Shown here one piece after another: positions 1 through 12,508 of a stretch of DNA of 64,000 bases (the stretch's first letter is position 1; every line of letters begins with the position of its first letter). Made by a program: the position numbers and the translations under genes. Below the pieces are notes generated by a model, which saw only the letters and a program-made list of their open reading frames with translations, had not been told where the DNA came from and ran no database searches. Source of the DNA: Octopus vulgaris (lineage: Eukaryota); contig OX597833.1 in the NCBI GenBank assembly GCA_951406725.2, forward strand, positions 62,558,001 to 62,622,000. The letters run 5' to 3'.

Positions 1-67
1 ACAATTCATTCACAAAAATTGTACATCATTTTACATATAGAATATATAATTCTACATTCTACACATA

Positions 68-229
68 GGCGCAGGAGTGGCTGTGTGGTAAGTAGCTTGC
101 TTACCAACCACACAGTTCCGGGTTCAGTCCCGCTGCGTGGCACCTTGGGCAAGTGTCTTCTACTATAGCCTCGGGCCGACCAAAGCCTTGTGAGTGGATT
201 TGGTAGATGGAAACTGAAAGAAGCCCGTC

Positions 230-319
<90 letters not shown>

Positions 320-513
320 ATGTGTTTGTCTCCCCAACATCGCTTGACAACCGATGCTGGTGTGTTTACGTCCCCATTACTTAGCAGTTCGGCAAAAGAG
401 ACCGAATAGGATAAGTACTAGGCTTACAAAGAATAAGTCCTGGGGTCGATTTGCTCGACTAAAGGCGGTGCTCCAGCATGGCCGCAGTCAAATGACTGAA
501 ACAAGTAAAAGAG
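68..513 (+). mobile_element. SINE family A (tRNA-derived head, internal (TA)n(TG)n)
   Basis: A box TGGCTGTGTGG, B box GGTTCAGTCCC, CCTTGGGCAAG core-like motif, shared tail ...aatgactgaaacaagtaaaagag; many copies in window. Confidence 0.85.
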
Positions 514-1058
514 TACTTGTCTATAGTTTTACTGCTGGGCTGATGTATATTCTCACTATTCATTCACAAAAATCGTACAGCATTTTACATACAGAATATA
601 TAATTCTACATTCTACACATAGGATATATATGTTTCACAGATGAAGTCAAACATGACTGAAACAAGCTGTCATCACCCTGTAAAACACCAATCTCACTCT
701 TCGCTACATTCTGGATTAAAATTTTAATTTTAATTAAAATTTAAACGTTATTTCCCCCCACATTAACTGACCAGAATTAATTATCCAGACGGTCGGTCTC
801 ATCGCTAACGATGTAATTTTAATTAAACTGTCTTGGCTTACTCCATTTTAGTATGCTAACATTATTATTCTCTGTGAACTGAGCTGTAACATACATCTAC
901 CAAATTAGATAAGAAAACTGATTAATATTAGACAATCTAGAAAGAAAACGATTCATTACATTTGCTAATGTTGTTTATATATATAAAAAACATGTCTATG
1001 TATGATGTGCAAGTATGTGTGTGTGTGTGTGTGTGTGTGTATGTATATATATATATAT

Positions 1059-1257
1059 ACTCTTTTACTCGTTTCAGTCATTTGACTGCGGCCATGCTGG
1101 AGCACCGCCTTTAGTCGAGCAAATCGACCCCCCGGGACTTATTCTTTGTAAGCCCAGTACTTATTCTATCGGTCTCTTTTGCCGAACCGCTAAGTAACGG
1201 GGACATAAACACACCCGCATCGGTTGTCAAGCAATGCTAGGGGGACAAACACAAACA

Positions 1258-1321
<64 letters not shown>

Positions 1322-1476
1322 TACGACAGGCTTCTTTCAGTTTCCGTCTACCAAATCCACCCACAAGGCTTTGGTCGGCCCGAGGCTTTAGTAGAAGACA
1401 CTTGCCCAAGGTGCCAAGCAGTGGGACTGAACCCAGAACCATCTGGTTAGAAAGCAAGCTTCTTATCACATAGTCC
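1059..1476 (-). mobile_element. SINE family A
   Basis: Reverse complement of 68-513. Confidence 0.85.
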
Positions 1477-1910
1477 ACACACGCACACATACATATGTAT
1501 TTATGTATAGTTGTTTTGTTGGAACCAAAAAAAATTCACAAACTCGGGGTTTCACATTTCATATTATCAAACTAGGATGAAATGAAAAGTAGCAACACAA
1601 TACAAATGCGGGTCTAACTTGGTTCACAAGAGCGGAACATTTATGGATGACAAGGAGAGACGTTTAGATAATTAAAGCATTAGAAAAGAGAAAGGGATTA
1701 AATAATAATTTAGAAAATAAAAAAAGAAAAAAAAAGAAAAACAGGCAGTTATATTGTTAGATGAAAAAGAAAAAGAAGAAAAAAAAACTCATTTCAGACA
1801 ATGGATCAGGTGTTATAATTAGAACAACAAACAGATGGACAACATCAACAACTTAAGACAAAAAGCTCGTTATGACAATGATGAAGGGGAACAAGTTGAT
1901 GTGCTTGAAT

Positions 1911-1928
1911 GTGTGTATGTATGTATGT

Positions 1929-1965
<37 letters not shown>

Positions 1966-2358
1966 TATATGTATATATATGCATATATATACATATATGC
2001 ATATATATACATATATGCATATATATGCATATATATATATATGCATATATATATATATATGCATATATACACATATATGCATATATATGCATATATGTAT
2101 ATATATGTATATATATGCATATATATGCATATATATATATATATTCATATATGTACATATATGTATATATATGCATATATATGCATATATATGCATATAT
2201 ACATATATATACATATATATGCATATATACATATATATACATATATATACATATATATATACATATATACATATATATATACACACACACACAGACACAT
2301 ATATATTTATATGTGTATATTTATGTATATATAAATATACACACACACAAACATACAC
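1911..2358. repeat. Compound (TA)/(CATA)/(TGCATA) microsatellite
   Basis: Directly visible. Confidence 0.95.
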
Positions 2359-2958
2359 AAGGGTGTTAGAGAGAGAGGATGGCTGTTATAAATGCAGATG
2401 CAATTGGTGAAAGCATAAAATTAATATGGAGAGATAAGGTTAGAGAGAGAGAGAGAGAGAAGACAAATTGCTTGTATCGTAGTTTCCACACTTGGGACAG
2501 ATCATTAGCAAAACAGTCAACAAATACCAACCAGCATGTTAGTTGAGATCTTAAATGCTGTAAGCACCGACACCAACCAGTTGCTCTACCGGCAGCGAAA
2601 ATCCACAAAGGAATTCTAAATCACCCGTCCAATTAACTGTGTACAGTTTTTAATGAACTTACATCAATCTAATTATAAAAAGGGGATGGGGGGAACTTAC
2701 AAGATTTAGATCTCACATCAACAATATATCTTGCAATAATAAAGAATGTAGAAAAAAAAAAAATATATATATATTTAATTTTGACAGTCAGTGGACCGAG
2801 ACACAACAACGCCGCAAAAATCATGCAATGCTCATTTCCAAATTCCAAAGTTTTTTTTTTTTGTTAATTGCTATTCTCGTTTGCATTGACAAATAAGCAG
2901 ACGACGATGTGAAGGAGGAAGAAGAGGAGGAGGACGTGAGTGTGAAGGGACATCTTAC

Positions 2959-3057
2959 TCTGTGACTCCCTCCTCAGTGGCTGCTTCCTTGTTCTCCTCT
3001 CCAGCTTGTTCTACCTCCTCTTTCTGTTGCTTGTCTGTTAGTAGAGTGGTCTCTTGA
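2959..3057 (-). CDS. NCAM: Acidic cytoplasmic-domain exon
   Basis: Acceptor ttcctcaccatgctag, donor GA|gtaaga; 99 nt, phase 2-2, matching the phase-2 end of the TM exon: SQETTLLTDKQQKEEVEQAGEENKEAATEEGVT. Read-through of the donor gives E-stop. Confidence 0.75.
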
Positions 3058-3544
3058 CTAGCATGGTGAGGAACGGTGGCGCGACGGGACGGCGACGGAT
3101 GGCGGCATTAATGAAATGGCACAAAGAAAGCGAGGGGCAAAGAAATGAATGAACAAGGTCAATGAATTATAATGTCAGTAATGGATGGTGAAAGAGGAAA
3201 AAATGGGGGGAAAAAAAAAAAAATTTTAATCATTAAATAAAAACAAAAAAAACAGACAACAAAAAATAGATGAATAATGGAAGGAAGGAATACAAGAACA
3301 ACAACACAATGACAAAACTACAGAGATTTTTCTTAATATTTCTTTTGATATCAACTGAAAAGGTACTTGGTCCTTTTGAAACCCACCCACCCATGTACCA
3401 CTCCTGCCTGTCTTAAAATATATTTGATTCAAAACATTCCACCATAATTTCACCAAGTTATGTTCTAAACACCAAGCTAACCCTTTCATTGCAATATTTC
3501 TGCTTAAATACACTCCCTTTCGGTTAATTTTGAAAATAATCTTT

Positions 3545-3935
3545 TTTATCTTTTACTTGCTTCAGACTGTGGCCATGCTGGGGCACAGCTTTGAAGAATT
3601 CTAGTTGAACGAATGGACCCCAGGATTTAATTTTTCTTTTTAAAGCCTGATACTCGTCCTATCGGCCATTTTTACCGAACTGTTAATTTACAGGGACGTA
3701 AACACACCAACACCGGTTGTCAAGCAGTTGTGGGAGGACAAGCACAGAAACACACACACACATATATATGTATATACATGATGGGCTTCGTTTAGTTTCC
3801 GCCTACCAAATCCGCTCAAAAAGCTTTGGTTGGTCCAAAGCTATAGTAGAAGACAGTTGCCCAAGGTGCCACGCAGTAGGACTGAACCCAGAACCATGTG
3901 ATTGGGAAGCAAACTTCTTACCACACAGCTAATCC
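3545..3935 (-). mobile_element. SINE family A (older)
   Basis: Diverged but colinear with family A. Confidence 0.7.
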
Positions 3936-6256
3936 TGCTAAGAATTTAGTAAAATAACTTTGGTTGTCATTAAGTTGGTCTTTGGAAAATAAATTCTAAT
4001 GGAAGGTTTTAATTCAGTTCACTTTAAGACAAGAAGTTTGTGTAAGAGAACCATGAGTGGTCTGAGCAGGTTGGTATCAAAAGAAGCAAAAACGGTAATT
4101 TTCTTTTTTTTCTTCTTTTCACAAAATTCTTCCAAACTTTTTGGTTATTTACAAAATAATTGAAACACATCAACAGAGTAGTATTTAATTAAAAAACATG
4201 GACAGGAAACTCGAGCAACTGAAAATTGAAGGACGTGCATATTTTAAAAGTAAACGACGGCTACTAACGAGGAGACGACTTAATTTTGATTCTAACTGAC
4301 AAGTTATTTCATTAAGCATGTCAACGATGAAGCTACAAGCCAGATGACACGCTGACGGGTTTTGCTGCCCAAACAGTGGAGCATCTATTAACACTACAGA
4401 CTTGACAGTACTCTTATCAGTTCATCAAATGGAATTTTGCTTAACCTTTTTAACCCTAATAGACTCTAATAAATAATTCTAATGAAAAGCAACCAGTATG
4501 CTTTAGAAATATGACTGCCACTATATCAAAAGTCCCATTTTACACTTCTGAGTTCTACAGAGATGTGTTCTGTAATATATACAGCAGTAAATGAAATTTT
4601 TTTTTATTAAAATGTATTTATTGAGATTTATCTGGCAAAGAACCCCACCCCCACCCCCAATGCACAGATTTACCATCTGTAAATGACAACAACCTGTGTT
4701 TTCCTTCGAATATTTTATTGAAATTTACATAAAATTATTTAATATAAGTTTAAATAATTGTTGTTATTTTGTTGTGCTTAGAAAAAAAACAAAACAAAAA
4801 AAAAAACTATCAATTTTCTAAATTTTCACAAATATTTAATTTTGAAAAAAAAAAAAAAAGAAAAAAAGGAAAAAAAGAACAAAGAACAACAAAACTTGTA
4901 AGGAGGCACCACATGAAAGGAACTCTGGTGAATTTTCCTATTGTAGATGAAATATTCTGGTGATTGATCTGTAATCAACTTTAGAAAAACAAGCATCTCT
5001 TTGCCAATAAAAATCAATGCAACGTGGAGCTGAAAGCCGATCAGCGAACCTATTGATTCCTACGGCTTTTGTCTAAAAGTGACGACTATAATAACTAAAG
5101 ATTATTATAATGATACTACAACACTTTGTCGTATATACAGATTCCCCTCCTTACGAAATGAACTTAACACTTTGCTTACCAAACACATTTTGCACCAATG
5201 GTCGAATTTTGTTATAAATAATAATAATCATCATCATCATTTAATGTCCGGTTCTATGCTAGCATGGGTGTGATGGTACCACAAGAGCCGGCCAGGCCGA
5301 AGCCTGTACCAGGCATCTGTAACTGTTTTGGCAGGATTTTTACAGCTGGATGCCCTTCCTAACACCAACCACTCAGTAGGCATTAAAAACAAATTCTTTT
5401 GTGATTGTGTGGTAAGAAGTTTACTTCCTAATCACCTTATGTCTTGTTTATTTGCATTTTTTTAGTAGCAGGGGGTCAGTTCCCACTGATCTTTTTATAG
5501 GACCACTGAGACTGGTAGACAGGAACAAAGACCTGGCCTCAATATGTACAAGAGACCAGACTTTGATAAAAGGGTATCGAAGGTGCAAGGTGGTGAGGTG
5601 ACAGGTTAAGTCTACCATCTAAGTATGCCATGGTTGGGTTCTGAAATCAGAAAATAGAGAACCAGAACAAATAGGGTAAGGCATAACCATTCAGTTCTAC
5701 CAAGCCTTCATCTCAGCATGGTACTTTTTCCTTTTTATCAACCCTGAAAATGTGGTGAGAGTCAAAGTATGACCTCAGTGACATCTGAGCACAGAAAGGT
5801 GGAAGAAATAACACAAACTATCCAGTCTGATGCTCCAACAATTCTACCGATTCTCTGCCTGCCATCATCTACCATCATCATCGTTATCATTTAACAACTA
5901 CATTCCATGCTTGCATGGGCTGGATGGTTTGAGAGGATCAGATCATGCTCCAGGGTCTGTTTTTACAAGGTTTCTACAGGCTGGATGCCCTTCCTAACAC
6001 ACCAACCACTTTACAATGGTCTCCTGGATGCTTTTCTCTCCGTTTTTCATTTTTTGGACCCCCAGCACTACTGCGGTTGCCATGCAACTCACCCAATGTC
6101 TTAATATAATACATCAGGTTACAATTGAGGGGTTGGAAAATTATATTAAACTCTCTCAGATCTGGGCCACTAGAGCCTAACTTTACCCTCCAGTTGAGTT
6201 CCTGAGCAAAAAATAATAATAATAATAAACAGCTGCAAATACAGCTCAAAGAGTGA

Positions 6257-6620
6257 CATCATCATCATTGTTTAATGTCCGTTTTCCGCGCTAGCACGGG
6301 TTGGATGGTTCGACCGGGGGTCTGGGAAGCCAGGGGCTGCACCAGGCTCCAGTCTGATCCGGCAGTGTTTCTACAGCTGGATGCCCTTCCTAACGCCAAC
6401 CACTCCGCGAGTGTAGTGGGTGCTTTTTACGTGCCACCTTCACAGGTGCCAGGGGAGTCTGGAATTGGCCACGATCGGTTGGTGCTTTTAACGTGCCACC
6501 GGCACGGAAGCCAGCCAAGGTGGTGCTGGCATCGGCCACGTTCGGGTGGTGCTTTTTATGTGCCACCGACACAGAAGCCAGTCGAGGCGGCGCTGGCATC
6601 GGCCACGTTCGGATGGTGCT
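6257..6620 (-). mobile_element. SINE-like family B ((TGA)n tail, internal gtgccggtggcac subrepeats)
   Basis: Shared ggcgttaggaagggcatccagctgtagaaac...ggacgttaaacgatgatga end; copies at 8551-8700, 9115-9296, 16330-16695, 28536-28767, 54170-54608. Confidence 0.75.
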
Positions 6621-7089
6621 TTGACATCATCATCATCATCGTTTAACGTCCATTTTCCGACAATTGTAGAAAAACTAATGGACAGACAGAATCAGCAGCG
6701 TCTTTTATTTCTACATGTGCTGTTCATTGCCACTTTAACCAGAATCCAGCATGTTTAACCTATTCCTGCTATAATGGGAATACGGCAAGACAAGATTAAT
6801 ACATAAGGAATAGTTAAAGAAGATCCAAAAGTACTGGTTTGCAATCAGTCAATGATTACAAGCCAGAGCTGTAAAATACAACACGCAAACCTGCAAAGAT
6901 GCAGGGTCAAAGGTTAGATGTTTATTATTATCATTATTATTATCATTATTATTCTTGTTTCACACTGACATGAAGGCCATATGAGGATTAGAGAAGCAAT
7001 ATCTTAAAATTTAAAACACAGTTAACAATTTACAAACAGATTATTAGTTAAAATAAATATAAGTGGAAAAGTATTCTCACTCTCTCACC

Positions 7090-7498
7090 ATATGTATATA
7101 CACAAAAAACACATCTACAAACACACACATATATGCATACGTATGTGTATGTGTGTGTGTATGTATGTATGTATATATATAAATATATTGTATATATATA
7201 AATATACACACATATACATATGTATACATATATATATATATATACACACATACATATACATATATACACACATATACATATATACATACATACACATGTA
7301 TGTGTGCGTGTATATATATATATATATTGTATATATATATATACATATACACACATATATATATATACACACACACATACATATACATATATACACATAT
7401 ACATATATACATACATATACATGTATGTGTATATATGTGTGTGTGTATATATATAGATAGATATATATATACACACACATACATACATATACACATAC
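7090..7498. repeat. Compound TA/CA/TG microsatellite
   Basis: Directly visible. Confidence 0.95.
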
Positions 7499-7941
7499 AA
7501 AATATTTTAATGAAATCATAACAGTTTCCAAATGTTTACAATAAAAGAATAACATAATAAACAATTTCTCTGGAAGAACAAAGTGAACATTCAAAGCTAA
7601 AAATATAAACACAAGACAGGAACCGGAGATTTAGCAACGCAATATGGGGCACAACACACACACATACAGTAGCGTGTTTGTGAGATTATATATATATATA
7701 TATATATGGCTAAAACACAAAATAAGAAAAGGAACTTAGCTGAAAATGAGTATGAACAGCAAACCAGGGGAGGGGATTAACTGTCACATGACCAAGCATT
7801 CCTGCACAAAAGGGTCATGGAGTCCTTGCTTATGTGTCTTGGAAAAACCCAAGATAACCTTTTGTCTAGGTAACCTTTAGGTTTGAGACAGATCACACAC
7901 ACACAAACACACATTTTTATATAAACATTATATATATATAT

Positions 7942-8335
7942 TCTTTTACTCTTTTACTTGTTTCAGTCATTTGACTGCGGCCATGCTGGAGCACTGCCTT
8001 TTTTAATCGAGCAACTCGACCCCGGGACTTATTCTTTTGTAAGCCCAGTACTTATTCTATCGGCCTCTTTTGCCGAACCGCTAAGTAACGGGGACATAAA
8101 CACACCAGCATCGGTTGTCAAGCAAACACAGACACACAAACACACCCACGCATATATATATATATATACATATATATATGACGGGCTTCTTTCAGTTTCC
8201 GTCTACCAAATCCACTCACAAGGCTTTGGTCGGCCCGAGGCTATAGTAGAAGACACTTGCCCAAGGTGCCACGCAGTGGGACTGAACCCAGAACCATGTG
8301 GTTGGTTAACAAGCTACTTACCACACAGCCACTCC
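7942..8335 (-). mobile_element. SINE family A
   Basis: Colinear with 68-513. Confidence 0.85.
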
Positions 8336-8550
8336 TAATGTTCTGATATAAAGTGCAACACTAGTTCCCAGTCAAAATGTATAGTAAACCCCCTTCCATA
8401 ACATGGAGTATAGCTGAATAGGTGAGAACATACACTGGGCTTGACAGATAGTACAACTAAATAGCTTGAGTGGATACAGGAGCGTCCAGTTTGGATAACA
8501 GAAGAGAGAAAGAAAGTAAAGTACAGTGGGAGCCAAAATAACCGGAACAT

Positions 8551-8700
8551 TTGGCGTTAGGAAGGGCATCCAGCTGTAGAAACATTGCCAGATCAGACTG
8601 GGCCTGGTGCAGCCTTCTGGCTTCACGGATCCCAGTTGCACTGTCCAACCCATGCCAGCATGGAAAACGGACGCTAAACGATGATGATGATGATGATGAT
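8551..8700 (+). mobile_element. SINE-like family B 3' end
   Basis: Family B tail with (TGA)n. Confidence 0.75.
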
Positions 8701-9114
8701 TTTCTGGTAGCATCAATGCTGTCTTGTATGGCTGGAGGAATTGGAACTATTAGTAGTTGGTGAAATTATTGCAATCTTCAGTTGACAGATCATGAAGAGA
8801 AAGTTCTGTAGCACAAGGAGTGTGGAAAAATATGTTAGAGAAGGATCTCAAAGGAACTAATTTTAACACTTTCCTGGGTCTTATTTTCTGAGAAAATGCA
8901 GTTGATAAGGTGAAACTGACTTGTGACTCGCTATGATTTGAACTCACAACATACAGAAAGCAAACTAAATAAAATTGATATTGCCAGCCTTGCCTATTTA
9001 CCATGTTATGCCAGACTTCACGGTCCATCATAGCATTACGGAGGTCCTGTTGCTGGATGCCTGTGTATCCCTGGAGATTACGTCAGGGTAGGAGAGTGTG
9101 CACCCTACGGTATC

Positions 9115-9264
9115 TCACTACACTCATGGAGTGGTTGGCGTTAGGAAGGGCATCCAGCTGTAGAAACACTGCCAGGTCAGACTGGAGCTTGGTGCAGCCT
9201 CCTGGCTTCCCAGACCCCGGGCGAACCGTCCAACCCATGCTAGCATGGAAAACGGACGTTAAAC

Positions 9265-9296
<32 letters not shown>
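9115..9296 (+). mobile_element. SINE-like family B 3' end
   Basis: Family B tail with (TGA)n. Confidence 0.75.
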
Positions 9297-9297
<1 letters not shown>

Positions 9298-10248
9298 ATA
9301 TAGCTAGGATGATATGTTATTGTCTTTGCCATCTGTATTAAAAACATTGATAAAATAACCACTTTTAGATGAATACAACGACTGAAAATGAAGTATTTTA
9401 GTTCATTCCTTTCAATTTTTGTCATTAAATTTTTACTAAAAAATGCAAAATTATTAAACCAAAAAAAAAAAAAAAACCATAACAAAACAAAAAGAAATTT
9501 TCCTAAAATATGAAATCTTTCTTTAATAGTTTTCTTGTTAACTCCAAGTAATTTATTACAAAGAGCTTCTCCAGTTTATGTACAACAACAACAACAACTA
9601 CTACTACTATTACTACTACTACTACACTATGGCAAAGAATTCTAAATAATTGCATCTGTTTAGAAATCCATGTTTGTATTAGCAAAAGACAGCTGTTGGA
9701 GACGCATGTTACATTATATTAAACATTAACCGATATCTTTTTAAAGAGCGCACGCACGCACACACATACACACACACACACGTACATGCACATGCATGTA
9801 TACACACAGCTTTAATTTTTTTTTTACTGATTTATCAATTAATATCTGCTTCATTGTCAGCTCCCATTCTCCCCACCACTACCACCACACCTGCTGTACA
9901 ACAAGCTCTTAGTCTTTAACCAATTGTATCATTCATCTTTCTGTTATCATCCATCTTATCATTTTCTATTACCATTCATCCTTCGACAATGACACACAGA
10001 CCCCCCACCCCCACCCTCCTCACAACTCATTACTTCACATTACAAACTCATTGTATTCAATGCCCTTTCATGTTTTCCATCAGCCTCAAAGGGAAACTGC
10101 TGAATAAAGAACCCCCTAACCTAATACCGGCCAACCATTTTTCTCTGCTCACTATTCCTGTGAGGGCTTCTGGGGGGTTACAGTACCTCCTCTGTAGGGT
10201 CCTATCAAAAGCAGTAGTCATGATGTATTCCAGCTGGATTCCTAAATG

Positions 10249-10740
10249 TCATCATCATCATTGTTCGACCGTGGTCGAGACAATGGAATTTACTATATTA
10301 CACCAGACTTCACGGTCCATCATAGCATTACGGATGCCTGTATCCCTGGAGATTACGTCAGGGTAGGAAGAGTGTGCGCCCTCTGGTATTGCGAGCAGAT
10401 GGCTTCCAGAGGAGAAGAGTAGAAAATATCTCGTTTTCAGCTCTACAACAATGTCCAGCAAACTGGACTCTTCTACCTTTCACAAGAGATGATACAGGTG
10501 GTAATTTCCCATATATTTGTACTTTGGTTGGTTGACACTTTCACAAGAGATTTTGAGCTCTCGTAAGTTCCACCCGACCGCCTCTCAAGCGTGACCAATC
10601 TAGACAATGGATATTATCCAACCATTTCATTTTTGGTCTACCCCTGGTCTACCCATGTCCCCTGTTGGTTGGCTTGACTTGAAAAATCTATATTGTGATC
10701 CTTCCCTGTGACATTCTAATCACATCTGACACCAACACCA
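10249..10740 (-). mobile_element. RTE-type LINE 3' fragments
   Basis: Minus-strand RGRPKMKWLDNI and LLWKPS..RGR..SYPDVISRDTG..AMMDREVW, ending in (TGA)n; shorter copy at ~9001-9112. Confidence 0.65.
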
Positions 10741-10835
10741 TTATTAAGACCTATAGTGTAGTAGACGTACATCGGTGCTGCAGAAGCAGAAAGAAAAATA
10801 AATAATGGTAAGACTGAAGATCATTGGATACGTAC

Positions 10836-11052
10836 CTTGCACCAGCTTCCACATCCGTGGACTTGTCCTTGGCAGAAGAACCTTTCTTGCAGGTGCTAAC
10901 CAAAAACATTGTAACACCTTTCTCAAACTTGAAGTAACAGATCAAGTCGAGAATTATAAGGATAATTAAGATCAGGGCAATTATCAAACCGGCAACTCCG
11001 CCAGAACTGATGCCAGTCGAAGCAGCAGTTATTGGAACTTCTTTGTTCTCTA
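10836..11052 (-). CDS. NCAM: Transmembrane/juxtamembrane exon of an NCAM/Fasciclin-2/apCAM-family adhesion molecule
   Basis: Acceptor tttcttttctattttag, donor AG|gtacgt; 217 nt, phase 1 to 2. Translation (V/I)ENKEVPITAASTGISSGGVAGLIIALILIILIILDLICYFKFEKGVTMFLVSTCKKGSSAKDKSTDVEAGA. The pattern G-hydrophobic helix-DxxCYF...G..M....C...K.KD.E.G matches my recollection of the NCAM TM/proximal tail (VVDITCYFLNKCGLFMC...KGKDMEEG). Confidence 0.9.
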
Positions 11053-11908
11053 CTAAAATAGAAAAGAAACAAAAAAAAAAAAATTTTCAATTACTGTTAA
11101 AAAAAAAAAATAATAATAATAATCAATATTAACAATGGTCAATGACATAACAATATCAGCAGGGGAAGAAAACATTGAAATTACTATTGTAATATGTTGG
11201 CCTAGTGGTTAGGGTCGTTCGGCTCTTCATCACTGATGTCATGAGTTCAAGTCTTGGACTGGGCAATGTGTTATGTCCTTGAGCAAGGCACTTCACTTCA
11301 CCTTAGTCTAGTCTAGTCTAGTCAGCTGTAAACGTGTACAAGCCAATGTATGGGTGCAAGCCCTCTCTCATATTCTAGCTGCCACCACAGTCTGGATGTT
11401 GTATTGGGCCAACAGTGGGGAGGCTGAAGAAGGGTGTCTATGTCTGTATATCTGACTACACAAGCACCTTAAAACACTTAGCAAAAACATGGTGTGTGTG
11501 TTACTATCAGGTTATACTGACTCGCGGGACACAGCTACCGCTTTAAACAACAGAACAGTTTACACGGGGGTAGGGCCAATGACTTTTATAGGGGGTATCG
11601 GTGAGGTTGGAAGGAAGAAAGGAGATAAACTAAGACTGGACAGTTGGCTTGAATAGGGGAAGGGAGTGCGGGCACAGTTCATAAAAACACCCCCAAAACT
11701 AGAGCTGAGATGGGGAGGAGGTGTATTAAACTGGGAAATAGAGTAAGTTGTCCTCAAGTGGCTTCCTAACAGTTTCCACTAACCAAAAAAAAAAATACTC
11801 ACAAGGCTTTGGTCAGCTTAAGGCTACAGTAGAAGACACTTGCCTAAGGTGATGTGCAGTGGGATCAAATTGAAAAGCTCATAAGTGTAAAGGGAACATC
11901 TTAATTCC

Positions 11909-12110
11909 AGTCTCGCCTGTCTTAACCTCAATGTTACCTTATAGTCTCACCTACCTTAACCTCAGTCTTACTTTTGTTAATGATAAGTCTTATAGTCTCA
12001 CCTGCTGTTAACTTCAGTCTTACCTATGTTAATGATAAGTCATAGTCTCACCTACCTTAACCGCAGTCTTACCTATGATAAAAGTTTTATAGTCTCACCT
12101 GCCTTAATCT
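11909..12110. repeat. Minisatellite, five 34-51 bp units (last partial)
   Basis: Units start agtctc(a/g)cct at 11909, 11943, 11994, 12044, 12091. Confidence 0.8.
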
Positions 12111-12158
12111 TAATATATATATATACACACATATATATATACACATATACATATACAT

Positions 12159-12203
<45 letters not shown>

Positions 12204-12327
12204 AATATATATATATACATATATATATACATATATATATATACATATATATACACACATATATATATATACACACACACACATATATATATATATATAC
12301 ACACACATATATATATATATACACACA

Positions 12328-12361
<34 letters not shown>

Positions 12362-12363
<2 letters not shown>

Positions 12364-12508
12364 ATGGGCTTCTTTCAGTTTCCATCTACAAAATCCACTG
12401 ACAAAACTTTGGTCAGCCTGAGTAGAAGACACTTGCCCAAGGTGCCATGCAGTGGGAGTGAACCCAGAACCATGTGGTTGGGAAGCAAGCTTCTTACCAC
12501 ACAGCCAT
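12362..12508 (-). mobile_element. SINE family A head with expanded microsatellite at 12113-12362
   Basis: Head sequence match. Confidence 0.7.

Noticed and set aside
68-140. tRNA-like A/B boxes
   Set aside because: SINE heads; no complete cloverleaf seen.
6-644. Recurrent peptides such as FSFRLPNPLTRLWSARGYSRRHLPK and FQSFDCGHAGAPPLVEQIDPG
   Set aside because: Translations of SINE family A, not genes.
1835-2410. Long YI/HT/CV-rich ORFs here and at 7048-7612, 12073-12645, 37352-38383, 43975-44365
   Set aside because: Translations of TA/CA/TG microsatellites, open in many frames.
11909-12110. CRISPR-like appearance of spaced repeats
   Set aside because: Eukaryotic context, no unique spacers, no cas genes.
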